Shown here piece by piece: positions 1 through 8,029 of a stretch of DNA of 32,000 bases. Each line of letters starts with the position of its first letter. Positions within the stretch are counted from its first letter, which is position 1. A program made the translations under genes and the position numbers. Origin of the DNA: Pyrobaculum aerophilum str. IM2. Its GTDB lineage: Archaea; Thermoproteota; Thermoprotei; Thermoproteales; Thermoproteaceae. A model generated the notes under the pieces. The model made no database searches. It was not told where the DNA came from and worked only from the letters and a program-made list of their open reading frames with translations. Where the stretch lies: contig NC_003364.1 in NCBI RefSeq assembly GCF_000007225.1, positions 600,001 to 632,000 of the forward strand, written 5' to 3'.

Positions 1-1
1 G

Positions 2-523
2 TCTTTGGCGAAAAAGGCTCTGGTCAGTCTAAACGCCAGCGTTTATAAGGATCTCGGGCCGATGTTCGCAGAGGCAATGGAAGAAGTCAGGCGGCGCACG
101 TTGTTAAAACGGCTTAACTACAGCTGGGCCTTTAAGGACGACGTATTCATGTGGAATGCGACTTTTCTCAAGTTCAGGACAAGCGGCGCAGTGGACTGGC
201 TCAGGCCGACGGAGCTAATAAACAGCGTGGAGGAAATAAAGGCGGCCAGCTTCGACCTCTCCGCGTCTAGTATAGAGGACGTCTTGCGGCCGCTTGTGCC
301 TAAAAACGCTGTGTTACAGGGAGTAGTTCACGGCTACCTCTACGGCAACGGCACGTATTCGGGGTACTTACAGGGAGAGTACTTGTTAAAAGACAAGACC
401 CCCCTCCGCTGTATAAACGCAACGCTGTCGGTGTCGTTTACAGCATCTCACTATGCCACGCTAACGGTCAACAGCACCTCTCCGTCTGTTTACATATACT
501 ATCAAGTTTTTATAGATAATTAA
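2..523 (+). CDS. C-terminal part of a hypothetical secreted/glycosylated protein (5' end lies outside the window)
   Basis: The frame is open from the first bases of the window to TAA at 521-523. Several N-x-S/T sequons (NATF, NGTY, NATL, NSTS). No recognisable family. The TTG at 5 used by the ORF track is probably not the true start. Confidence 0.45.
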   Translation, partial: SLAKKALVSLNASVYKDLGPMFAEAMEEVRRRTLLKRLNYSWAFKDDVFMWNATFLKFRTSGAVDWLRPTELINSVEEIKAASFDLSASSIEDVLRPLVPKNAVLQGVVHGYLYGNGTYSGYLQGEYLLKDKTPLRCINATLSVSFTASHYATLTVNSTSPSVYIYYQVFIDN

Positions 524-1191
524 AGTGTTTTTATTGTGCCGTCTGAGCTGGCCACTAAAATTGTGGCATCTCTCCGCTTGGAGAACACGCCATTTTCGAC
601 AACCCCTGGAATGGCCTTGAGCTCATCTTCAAGATAAGGGTCAATAAATCCGGGGGGGTTCCAGTCTATAATATAATTCCCGTTGTCTGTGACGACAGGC
701 CCCAGCTTCCCCCCATCTTGGCGTAGTTTGGCGACGCCGCCAAACCTCTTCTCAACCTCTCTGGCCACAAAACGCCAAGCCCAGGGCACCACCTCCACCG
801 GCACTGGGTTGTTTGACGGTATTCTCTCCACAAGCTTATGCTCTTCGATCAAAACGACGAATTTCTCAGCGGCATAGTCCACTATTTTCTCCCTCAACAA
901 CGCCCCTCCCTTCCCCTTCAGCAATACCTTGTCCTTAGTCACTTCATCCGCGCCGTCAACGGCTAGGTCAATTCTATCCACAGCCCACATGGGGCGGAGC
1001 CTGTCCCCCAGCCCTACCTCATACGCCAGTATTTCGCTGTCAGACGAGGTGGCCACTAGCAAGACGTCGTCAACGCCCGCCTCGGCGAGCGCTTTTATGA
1101 ACTCGCGCGCCGTAGTACCTGAGCCGAGCCCCACTACCATTCCGCTCTTTACAAGCCTAATCGCCTCTCTTGCCAACAGCCTCTTCAACAT
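520..1191 (-). CDS. rpiA: Ribose-5-phosphate isomerase A
   Basis: 223 aa with RpiA-diagnostic motifs GLGSGTT, VDGADEV and KGKGGALLREKIV. Starts 20 nt downstream of the CBS gene on the same strand, so it is likely co-transcribed. Confidence 0.92.
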   Translation of the reverse strand: MLKRLLAREAIRLVKSGMVVGLGSGTTAREFIKALAEAGVDDVLLVATSSDSEILAYEVGLGDRLRPMWAVDRIDLAVDGADEVTKDKVLLKGKGGALLREKIVDYAAEKFVVLIEEHKLVERIPSNNPVPVEVVPWAWRFVAREVEKRFGGVAKLRQDGGKLGPVVTDNGNYIIDWNPPGFIDPYLEDELKAIPGVVENGVFSKRRDATILVASSDGTIKTL

Positions 1192-1211
1192 AGTGGTTAA
1201 AAAGAACGGGA

Positions 1212-1595
1212 TTATGGGAATGCCTCTGCGGTAACTAAGGCCCTTAACACATCTCTAATACTTATCACCCCGACGACCCGGCCTCCCTCCACCACAGGCA
1301 TGTGCCTAATGTTATTCTCAATCATCTTAGCGGCAGCAGATACAATTGATTCCTCTGGCGACACCGTGATTAAACTCTTCTTGGCCACTTGTTCCAAGGG
1401 TGTCTTTAAGTCGATCTCCTGGGCCAAGAACCTCACAATATCGCGCTCTGTGACAATGCCAACTGGGCGGTTTGCCCTGTCCATCACCACAACGCTGCCC
1501 ACGTTGGCCGCGTACATCTTGGCCACGGCGCACTCAACTGGCTCGTCGGCGTAACAGAAAATCACATTGTCTTTAAGTAAATCTCTTACTTTCAT
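1212..1595 (-). CDS. CBS-domain pair protein
   Basis: 127 aa with two CBS repeats (..RPVGIVTERDIVRFL.. and ..GRVVGVISIRDVLRAL..). TATA-like CTTATATATC on the minus strand about 25 nt upstream of the ATG. Confidence 0.85.
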   Translation of the reverse strand: MKVRDLLKDNVIFCYADEPVECAVAKMYAANVGSVVVMDRANRPVGIVTERDIVRFLAQEIDLKTPLEQVAKKSLITVSPEESIVSAAAKMIENNIRHMPVVEGGRVVGVISIRDVLRALVTAEAFP

Positions 1596-1629
1596 TGTAG
1601 AGGAGTTAGCAGAGATATATAAGTATTAC

Positions 1630-1646
1630 TGAGTGTAATGAGTGTA
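1630..1646. promoter_or_regulatory. Tandem direct 8-mer TGAGTGTA-A-TGAGTGTA between two divergent TATA boxes (candidate operator)
   Basis: Exact repeat at 1630-1637 and 1639-1646. It lies between the CBS-gene TATA (about 1613-1622) and the AOR-gene TATA-like AAAAATTATTA (about 1662-1672). CTGAGT/ACTCAG also gives partial dyad symmetry. Confidence 0.25.
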
Positions 1647-1691
1647 CTCAGCAATTGCGAAAAAATTATTAGGTAACATCCCACTCCCCTC

Positions 1692-3560
1692 ATGATAATA
1701 CTTGAGATAGACGTGGAGAGGAGGGCTGTCTCCAGGCGGGAGATAGACGCGTCGGGCCCCGTGGAAGCTGCGCTGGCTATTCACAAAGAGCGGGAGACCT
1801 GGCGCCTAGACCCACTGTCGCCGCAAGTCCCAGTGGTATTCGGCATGGGTCCCTTCGTTGGGGGGAGGTTATACGGCGTGCACAGGCTGATATTTATTTT
1901 CAAAAGCCCCCAGACGGGCACGTTGCACGTCTCGGCGCTAGGGGGGGCCGCCTATAAAGCCATGGGCATGGGCGCACAAGCCGTGTCAATAGTGGGTAGA
2001 GCCCCCACGCCTACTGCCATTTTTATTTCACAAGGCTATGTAAAATTCGCAGAAGTGAAGCCGGGCGACGCCTACGAGACTATAAACAGCTTGTACAGAG
2101 AGTTTAAAAACTTCTTCCTCGAAAACGACGCCAGGGCGCTAGTAGTAGGCCCGGCGGCCTATACTACATACAACGGGGCTGTGGTCTCTGTAGATGTTGA
2201 CGTGAGAAAAGGGGAATTTAAACTCGGCGCTGAGGACTTCGCCGCAAGAGGCGGGCCGGGCACCGCCCTCGCCCAGGGGCATAACGTGGCGGCAATAGTA
2301 GTGGGGGGGCCGAAGAGGCCCCACTTTGAGAAAGTGACCGACGCCGAGGCGATAAACCAAATCTTTAATAAGAGCTTTGGCAGGCCCTACCTTGACGTAT
2401 TAAACGAGAAGACTGTAAAGTATAGATTTGACCAAAAGCTAAGAACCGGCGGGACTTTCGGCGTTAACTACCCGCACTACCGCGACTTGCTCCCCCTCTT
2501 CGGCTACAAGTCAATATACATGAGCAGAGAGGAGAGGGTGAAACACGCCGACTTAATACTACAACTGTTCTGGAAGCCGTTTCAAGAGGAGGTGTTTGAA
2601 AAGGGCAGGAGTTGGTACAACTGCGGAGAGCCCTGCCCGGTGGTGTGTAAAAAAGTATGGCGCGGCAAAAAGGTGGATTACGAATCTTTCCACGCCATGG
2701 GCCCCTTCATAGGGAATTACTTATTCCAAGAGGCAGTGCCGCTGGTGGACAAAGTGGACAAGCTCGGCCTCGACGCCATAGAGATGGGCCATTTAGTCGC
2801 GTGGCTATTCGACGCAGTACACGCCGGCCTTTTAAAACCCGAGGAGCTGGGGCTGGACGACACGCCGGCCTTCGACCCAGCGCGTTTTGATCCCCACGGC
2901 GATTCGAAGAAAAACGCCAGGCTGGCAGGGCATTTGCTCGACAATTTTGTAAACAACTCCACTGAGGTACTGGCGCTAGTCGCCCGCCAGGGCATTAGAA
3001 AGGCGGCGCGGGAGTTGGAAAAGCGGTTTTCAGACAGAGTAAAAGCCGCCGGCGTTAGGTTCAGAGACTTGGCCGTATACGCCGCGTTTGGCACAGAGGG
3101 GTACATGACTCCCAACTTTTACTGGGCCCCCGGGCTGATTGCGCCTATGTACATCCAGGGGAGGTACTGGACAAATTACAACCCCACCTTCATGCTCCCG
3201 GAGGACTTCGCCAAATCTTCATACGACAGGGCCGTGGCTGAGGCCTATATAGACAACGCGGGGATATGCAGATTCCACAGAGGCTGGGCAGAGCCCGTAC
3301 TGGCGGAGCTCTATGCGCTAGTAGGCGTGAAGCCGCCCACGTCACAGCTCTACCGAGATCTTGCTTATTACGCCAAACTGGCAGGCGCGGAGCCAATGCC
3401 CTGGGAGAGCAAAAGGGCACGAGACCTAGTCTCAACCCTGGCCAGAGAGCTAGGCGCCAAAGACTGGAAATTTGAAGACTACGACGACTACTACGAGTGG
3501 TGGGTTAGGTTCTTTTCTACAGTAAATCGGTTGATCTTTGCAACGCCCACGACGGTCTAG
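1692..3560 (+). CDS. Aldehyde:ferredoxin oxidoreductase (AOR) family tungstopterin enzyme
   Basis: 622 aa. AOR-like N-terminal domain (..DPLSPQVPVVFGMGPFVGG..FKSPQTG..ALGGAAYKAMGMGAQAVSIVG..). Cys cluster NCGEPCPVVCKK. Distal DNAGICRF (DxxGxC) motif that carries the fourth cluster cysteine in AOR enzymes. Confidence 0.82.
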   Translation: MIILEIDVERRAVSRREIDASGPVEAALAIHKERETWRLDPLSPQVPVVFGMGPFVGGRLYGVHRLIFIFKSPQTGTLHVSALGGAAYKAMGMGAQAVSIVGRAPTPTAIFISQGYVKFAEVKPGDAYETINSLYREFKNFFLENDARALVVGPAAYTTYNGAVVSVDVDVRKGEFKLGAEDFAARGGPGTALAQGHNVAAIVVGGPKRPHFEKVTDAEAINQIFNKSFGRPYLDVLNEKTVKYRFDQKLRTGGTFGVNYPHYRDLLPLFGYKSIYMSREERVKHADLILQLFWKPFQEEVFEKGRSWYNCGEPCPVVCKKVWRGKKVDYESFHAMGPFIGNYLFQEAVPLVDKVDKLGLDAIEMGHLVAWLFDAVHAGLLKPEELGLDDTPAFDPARFDPHGDSKKNARLAGHLLDNFVNNSTEVLALVARQGIRKAARELEKRFSDRVKAAGVRFRDLAVYAAFGTEGYMTPNFYWAPGLIAPMYIQGRYWTNYNPTFMLPEDFAKSSYDRAVAEAYIDNAGICRFHRGWAEPVLAELYALVGVKPPTSQLYRDLAYYAKLAGAEPMPWESKRARDLVSTLARELGAKDWKFEDYDDYYEWWVRFFSTVNRLIFATPTTV

Positions 3561-4254
3561 CGATAGCGCTTGTAGACGCCGTGTCTTATCCTAACTCGAC
3601 CTCGCGTCTGTCTGCATCCTCAAAAGCTCCATATTTCACCACAACCCTTCCAGGCCTTTGAACACTATACACCTACTGACCTCCCACCTCACCGCTTTAG
3701 CCACCTTGCACCTAATGGCGTATTCTTCAAACCTCCCGACTACTGCACTACGGTGAGATAGATCTAGAGGCACGTTATAAGACGCTCTATATCACCTTCT
3801 AACCGCCGTAAAATCCTACATGGAGAAAAGCTCAAACTAGATGCCCACTGCCAAGGTACCCATTGCCACCTGTGTATGAGAAAGACGGTCAAAAAGTATA
3901 TAGCGCCGTTCTTCTAGCTCGGTCCATTGATGGGCTCTTAAATAATGGCCTGCTTCCGCGTCATAAACGTCTAAAGGTCAACCTTAATGAAGGCGGTATT
4001 CAAGAGGGAGTTTATGGCGTGAAATGCGGCACATCTAATCACGAAATATTTGGTTAAAGCTCATATGCATAAATGGCGTTGATAACCTATGAGTCCTTAG
4101 AGAAATAACCACAGAAGGGGTACATAGTAACAACCAATCCTACTGTCCACCGTTTTACCAATCACTTAGATAAAGCAGGTGGCGCTTTATGACACTATAA
4201 GCAGAGGCTGTAACTCATACATCCCGCTAGCTACATATGACTCAGGTGGTAATG

Positions 4255-4262
4255 TTTATAAA
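4255..4262 (+). promoter_or_regulatory. TATA-like box (TTTATAAA) of cassette copy A
   Basis: Conserved with copy B. Begins 24 nt upstream of the ATG at 4279, consistent with a leaderless or near-leaderless transcript. Confidence 0.4.
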
Positions 4263-4278
4263 TCCGTTTTTTTTGCAT

Positions 4279-5109
4279 ATGCAGTCCAAAACAGTTTGGG
4301 TGGTTGTGTTAACGTTAACTGCCATCCTAGCTGTGGCACAAAGCGCCCCTAGCTATAGCTGGAATTGTCCAACAGCACCAGTATACGGGGAGAGTCCCTC
4401 AGTGAGCACCGATAAACTTAGCGGCTGGGTAAAGGCGTATATTACCGTATGTCCTCAGAGGCAGTAATATGTCTACTATGCAAATGATGGCACGAATAGG
4501 TGGGTGTGGGTGCAACTTATGCAAGTGAGTAGCGTGCCGAATGTTGCAGGTGGATGGAGGCACACTACTGGTGGGATTGTGAAGGATAGAGCTGTGCCTA
4601 CACAGACCGCACGGCATCTATGCGTCTCGTGGTATTACATAGATCCCAAATTTACATATATGTCATACATGCTCAGCACAGATTGCGTTTACGGCCCCGC
4701 AGTTCCCGGCACTACCGCTCCTAACAGCGGCGAGTATAATATAGGCACTGTAACGAGGACAGTAACCTTTAGTATAAGCGCTCAGGCAAAGGACCAAAGC
4801 GGCTCACTTACCTTTACCTTAGGTGCCCAGTGGTCCGAGACGATCCCAAGGATACAAGTTTCGCTTGACTTAACAGATTCTAGGGCAGTTAAGTGGTATC
4901 AGTACATCTACGACGGGGGCGAAAAATCTCTAGGTGATACCTGGGGATCTATGAGTTGGGACTGGATGTACGGCCTTACAGTCGTTGCAAAGCCCGATGG
5001 CAACTTTTACCTTGGCGTGCAGGGCCAGGCAAGCTTCTGGAGGTGCGAATTAGGCTGTCTCGCTGTGAGATACGATCAACCGTTCGTAGCTTGGTTTGTG
5101 AGGCCATGA
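4279..5109 (+). pseudogene. Cassette copy A gene 1: secreted Cys-containing protein, interrupted by an in-frame TAA
   Basis: Colinear with the intact paralog at 6138-6962 over its full length (QSAPSYSWNCP.., ..TDCVYGPAVPGTTAPNSGEYN.., ..GDTWGSMSWDWMYGLTV..). Codon 4465-4467 is TAA where the paralog has TAC (Tyr). The two track ORFs 4237-4467 and 4504-5109 are in the same frame. Confidence 0.8.
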
Positions 5110-5901
5110 AATTGTGGAAATTTTATGTAATTGTCGCCGCTATTCTCGCTGTGGTAATTGCCATACCTGCATCGGTATATTTCCTGTTAAAGCAACCGCC
5201 TGGGGTAAAGACGACGGTGGATGTCTTTGTATGCGACTTAACTAACGAGTCGGGTACACTAGTGCTTAAGAATCCGTGCGTGGGTAAGTACATTACAGTA
5301 ACTAGCTTTGTGGCCAATAGGACATACCTCAGGTATGAAATACCTGGGCGGCTGGAGTTGGAAACAACCGCGCAGGACCTGTGGACTGGAATGACTACAG
5401 TAGAGGAGGTGGCTAGCAACAAGATTAGGGAGTTTAGAATAGGGAATAGAACATATGAAAAAACGCCTGAGAACCTCGTCCCGCCCCCCCTTCCGCGCCG
5501 CCTTGGCCAGACTGGTTAAGAAGTATCCATGGCTCTCCGACGCCTACATAGTGAACGGTGGAATATTTAGAGGCGAGGTATTCGCGCCCCGGGCCAACCA
5601 GACGGTTATAGGATTTGTATTCAGCGCCCTCCAGCCCTTCTGCGGCATATCGTATGATACCGGCCCTGGCGGCGGCGTAATAAATAGATACGACAGCTGT
5701 AGATTCACCGCCCTCTTCCTCGTCAACAAGACGAGGCTAGTGGTATTTGATGTAAGGGTAGAGCTGGTCAATTTAGAAAATATTGCTCTTGAAATACATG
5801 AAAGGGGCGATGAGATTAAAATAGCGGGCAACGCGGTGGGCATGCTTATGAGGACTATAAACAACGCCACGAAGCTGTTAGAGGAGGCGCTGGCCAAGTG
5901 A
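5106..5901 (+). pseudogene. Cassette copy A gene 2: N-terminally anchored glycoprotein, +1 frameshift in a C7 run
   Basis: The ATG at 5106 overlaps the gene-1 stop (ATGA). Reading is colinear with paralog 6959-7762 up to ENLVPPP. An extra C in the run 5484-5490 then moves the homologous reading (..FRAALARLVKKYPWL..) into the next frame (track ORF 5455-5901). The original frame stops at 5517-5519. Confidence 0.8.
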
Positions 5902-5903
5902 GC

Positions 5904-6098
5904 TCAATGGTGGTGCCTCGGCTCGTGGGCCATCTCGGGCGGGAATTCTTTTAACTCGCCTTTTTTAGCCCTTTCTAACACCTCGCGGAGGGTTTTACCC
6001 TCTGCGAGGAGTATTTTCACCCCTTTGCTTCTCAACGCGTAATATGCCGGCATGCCGATCTCTTTTGTAATAACGACGTTATATTCCGCTAAACGCAC
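5904..6098 (-). pseudogene. NifX/NifB-C-like (dinitrogenase FeMo-cofactor-binding family) gene fragment, C-terminal about 64 codons only
   Basis: ..NVVITKEIGMPAYYALRSKGVKILLAEGKTLREVLERAKKGELKEF.. matches the C-terminal half of the small NifX-like fold. It lacks the N-terminal FG.APYF part, and no ATG precedes it because the frame runs into the copy-B promoter. Confidence 0.6.
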
Positions 6099-6113
6099 AC
6101 GCCCGAGGCAATG

Positions 6114-6121
6114 TTTATAAA
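6114..6121 (+). promoter_or_regulatory. TATA-like box (TTTATAAA) of cassette copy B
   Basis: Same box and spacing as copy A. Begins 24 nt upstream of the ATG at 6138. Confidence 0.4.
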
Positions 6122-6137
6122 ACTCCTTTTTTGATAT

Positions 6138-6962
6138 ATGCCGTCAAAAACAGTACTGGTATTAGTATTAGCAATAATGGTAACGATCGTCGTAGCGCAG
6201 AGCGCCCCCTCATATAGTTGGAATTGTCCGACCACCCCAATTTATGGTAATAGCGATGTGAGAAGCACGAGTAGGTTGGGCGGGTGGGTCACTACCTACA
6301 TCACGGTATGTCCACAGAGGCAATACTATGTATACTACTCAAACGACGGAACATATAGGTGGGTGTGGTTACAGTTAATGAGAGTATACAGCGTGCCCAA
6401 CACGGCGAGCGGTTGGAAGCATACCACGGGGGGAATTGTAAAAGATAGAACTAATCCTACACAAAGGGCTAGACATGTTTGCGCCTCGTGGTACTCCATA
6501 GGTGACAGCTACGCAAGTTGGACACCTAGCACGGACTGCGTCTATGGCCCCGCGGTGCCTGGCACCACAGCGCCGAACAGTGGCGAGTACAATGTTGGAA
6601 CTGTCATTAGAACTGTATCGTTTCAAATAAGCGTACAGGGGAAAGATCAAAGTGGTTCTCTTACTACGACCTTAACTGCGCAGTGGACTGAGAATATACC
6701 GAGAATACAGGTTTCTGCCGACGGTACAGATCCCACATCGTTTATATGGAATCAATATATCTACGATGGAGGCGATAGGTCTATTGGAGACACGTGGGGA
6801 TCTATGAGTTGGGACTGGATGTACGGCCTAACCGTACTCGCCAAGCCTGGCGCCAAATTCTACCTCGGAGTTGTAGGTACCGCGAGTTTTTGGAGGTGTG
6901 GATTTGCCTGTTTAACAATTGAATACGATATGCCCATAGCGGCTTGGTTCGTAGCGCCATGA
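6138..6962 (+). CDS. Secreted Cys-containing protein of unknown family (cassette copy B gene 1, intact)
   Basis: 274 aa. N-terminal signal-like segment MPSKTVLVLVLAIMVTIVVAQS. Six Cys residues conserved with copy A. Stop overlaps the next start (ATGA). Confidence 0.8.
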   Translation: MPSKTVLVLVLAIMVTIVVAQSAPSYSWNCPTTPIYGNSDVRSTSRLGGWVTTYITVCPQRQYYVYYSNDGTYRWVWLQLMRVYSVPNTASGWKHTTGGIVKDRTNPTQRARHVCASWYSIGDSYASWTPSTDCVYGPAVPGTTAPNSGEYNVGTVIRTVSFQISVQGKDQSGSLTTTLTAQWTENIPRIQVSADGTDPTSFIWNQYIYDGGDRSIGDTWGSMSWDWMYGLTVLAKPGAKFYLGVVGTASFWRCGFACLTIEYDMPIAAWFVAP

Positions 6963-7762
6963 AACTGTGGAAGTTATATTTAATAGTCGCCATAGCCATT
7001 ACTGCCATATTAGGAGTGCCCGCGTTAACATATATTTTGCTAAAGGAGCCGCCGGGGGTATTAACTAAAATCGACGTGTTTGAATGCGACTTAGCGAACG
7101 TCTCGGGTACTTTGACACTAAAGGGGCCTTGTGTTGGGAAGTACATAAACGTAAGCGTCTTTGTAGTAAACAAGACCTACTTAAAATACGATGTTGCTGG
7201 AAGGCTTAAACTAGAAATCACGGCAGAGGACATGTGGGCTGGCATGACCACGGTTGGTGACATAATCGAGAATAGGACCAGATCTTTCAGGATACAAAAC
7301 AATACGTATTTCATGCCTCCAGAGAATCTGGTGCCGCCTTCCTTCCGCGCCGCTTTGGCCAAACTAGCACGGAGATATCCATGGCTCCGTGAGAGCTATT
7401 TAGTAAATGGCGGGATATTCAGAGGCTTGGTCAAAGACCCCATTGCTAACCAAACAGCCATCGGTATTAAATTTAGCTCCCTTACGCCACTTTGTAGCCT
7501 ATCCACTACCCAAGGGCTTGGCGGTGGCGTTGTAAATAGATACGACGCGTGTAGTTTTACGGCATTACTCCTTGTGAATAAGACGAGGCTCGTGGTATTT
7601 GACGTAGAAGTTACCTATGTCAACATTGAGGGCGGGCTAGAGGTAGTCGAGGGGAGAAATGAGGTGAGAATTGGAGGCGGCGTAATGAAGAGGCTATTCG
7701 CCGAGATAAACAACGCCACACGGTTGTTAGAGGAGGTGGTTAAAGGAAGCTCAAAGCAATAA
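6959..7762 (+). CDS. N-terminally membrane-anchored, sequon-rich protein of unknown family (cassette copy B gene 2, intact)
   Basis: 267 aa starting at MKLWKLYLIVAIAITAILGVPALTYILL (one TM segment). Eight N-x-S/T sequons (NVS, NVS, NKT, NRT, NNT, NQT, NKT, NAT). The ATG at 6959 is preferred over track start 6944 because of the ATGA overlap and the copy-A alignment. Confidence 0.8.
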   Translation: MKLWKLYLIVAIAITAILGVPALTYILLKEPPGVLTKIDVFECDLANVSGTLTLKGPCVGKYINVSVFVVNKTYLKYDVAGRLKLEITAEDMWAGMTTVGDIIENRTRSFRIQNNTYFMPPENLVPPSFRAALAKLARRYPWLRESYLVNGGIFRGLVKDPIANQTAIGIKFSSLTPLCSLSTTQGLGGGVVNRYDACSFTALLLVNKTRLVVFDVEVTYVNIEGGLEVVEGRNEVRIGGGVMKRLFAEINNATRLLEEVVKGSSKQ

Positions 7763-7804
7763 CTTTTTACCTGCTTGGCGAGATTTGTCTCCTTCTCTCC
7801 TTAG

Positions 7805-8002
7805 CTAATGGCGGTGTCTGGGCTCGTGGGCCATCTCGGGCGGGAATTCTTTTAACTCGCCTTTTTTAGTCCTTTCTAACACCTCGCGGAGGTTCTACCC
7901 TCTGCGAAAAGTATTTTCACCAAAATAGGGGGCCTCTCCAAATTCCTCCGAGACGGGCGAATCGAGGCCCCTGTCCTCGTCGAGGGGGACTAGGATACGC
8001 AT
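7805..8002 (-). pseudogene. NifX-like gene remnant: intact N-terminus fused to a degenerate copy of the C-terminal piece
   Basis: The minus strand from ATG at 8002 reads [27 protein letters not shown], a typical NifX-like N-terminus. It then joins directly, out of frame, to a copy of the VKIL.AEG..KGELKEFPPEMAHEP segment. That copy has lost about 25 central codons and one C compared with 5904-6020. Confidence 0.6.
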
Positions 8003-8029
8003 ATGCCCATTCCGTTGTCCACTTTTAAG

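Larger units (their letters stand above)
4250..7920 (+). repeat. Tandem duplication (period about 1859 bp) of a cassette made of promoter + secreted protein gene + membrane-anchored protein gene + 3' piece of a NifX-like gene
   Basis: Copy A spans about 4250-6020 and copy B about 6109-7920. Landmarks: AATGTTTATAAA box (4252 vs 6111), gene-1 ATG (4279 vs 6138), gene-2 ATG (5106 vs 6959). Both copies end with the near-identical stretch GGCTCGTGGGCCATCTCGGGCGGGAATTCTTTTAACTCGCCTTTTTTAG. Confidence 0.9.

Noticed and set aside
520-523. Overlapping convergent stop codons (TTAA shared by the plus-strand ORF and rpiA).
   Set aside because: This is real but trivial. It is common in compact archaeal genomes and has no functional implication that I can support.
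3863-4057. 64-aa TTG-initiated ORF in the gene-poor region; also 21166-21357 and 21475-21678.
   Set aside because: They are short, use non-ATG or context-less starts, have atypical composition and show no recognisable motifs. They are probably chance ORFs in decayed DNA.
4237-4278. Upstream extension of cassette A gene 1 (track start at 4237).
   Set aside because: The extension would include the conserved TATA box. The paralog alignment and the signal peptide begin at the ATG at 4279.
4956-5105. N-terminal extension of cassette A gene 2 (track ORF 4956-5519); likewise 6944-6958 for copy B.
   Set aside because: The extension overlaps the end of gene 1 in another frame and is not conserved between copies. 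Both copies share MKLWK at an ATGA overlap.
4465-5490. Programmed stop-codon readthrough or programmed frameshifting as the explanation for the two lesions in cassette copy A.
   Set aside because: No recoding signals are apparent, and the intact paralog needs neither. Two independent lesions in one copy are explained more simply by decay of a redundant duplicate, or by homopolymer slippage. Kept as a testable alternative in the findings.
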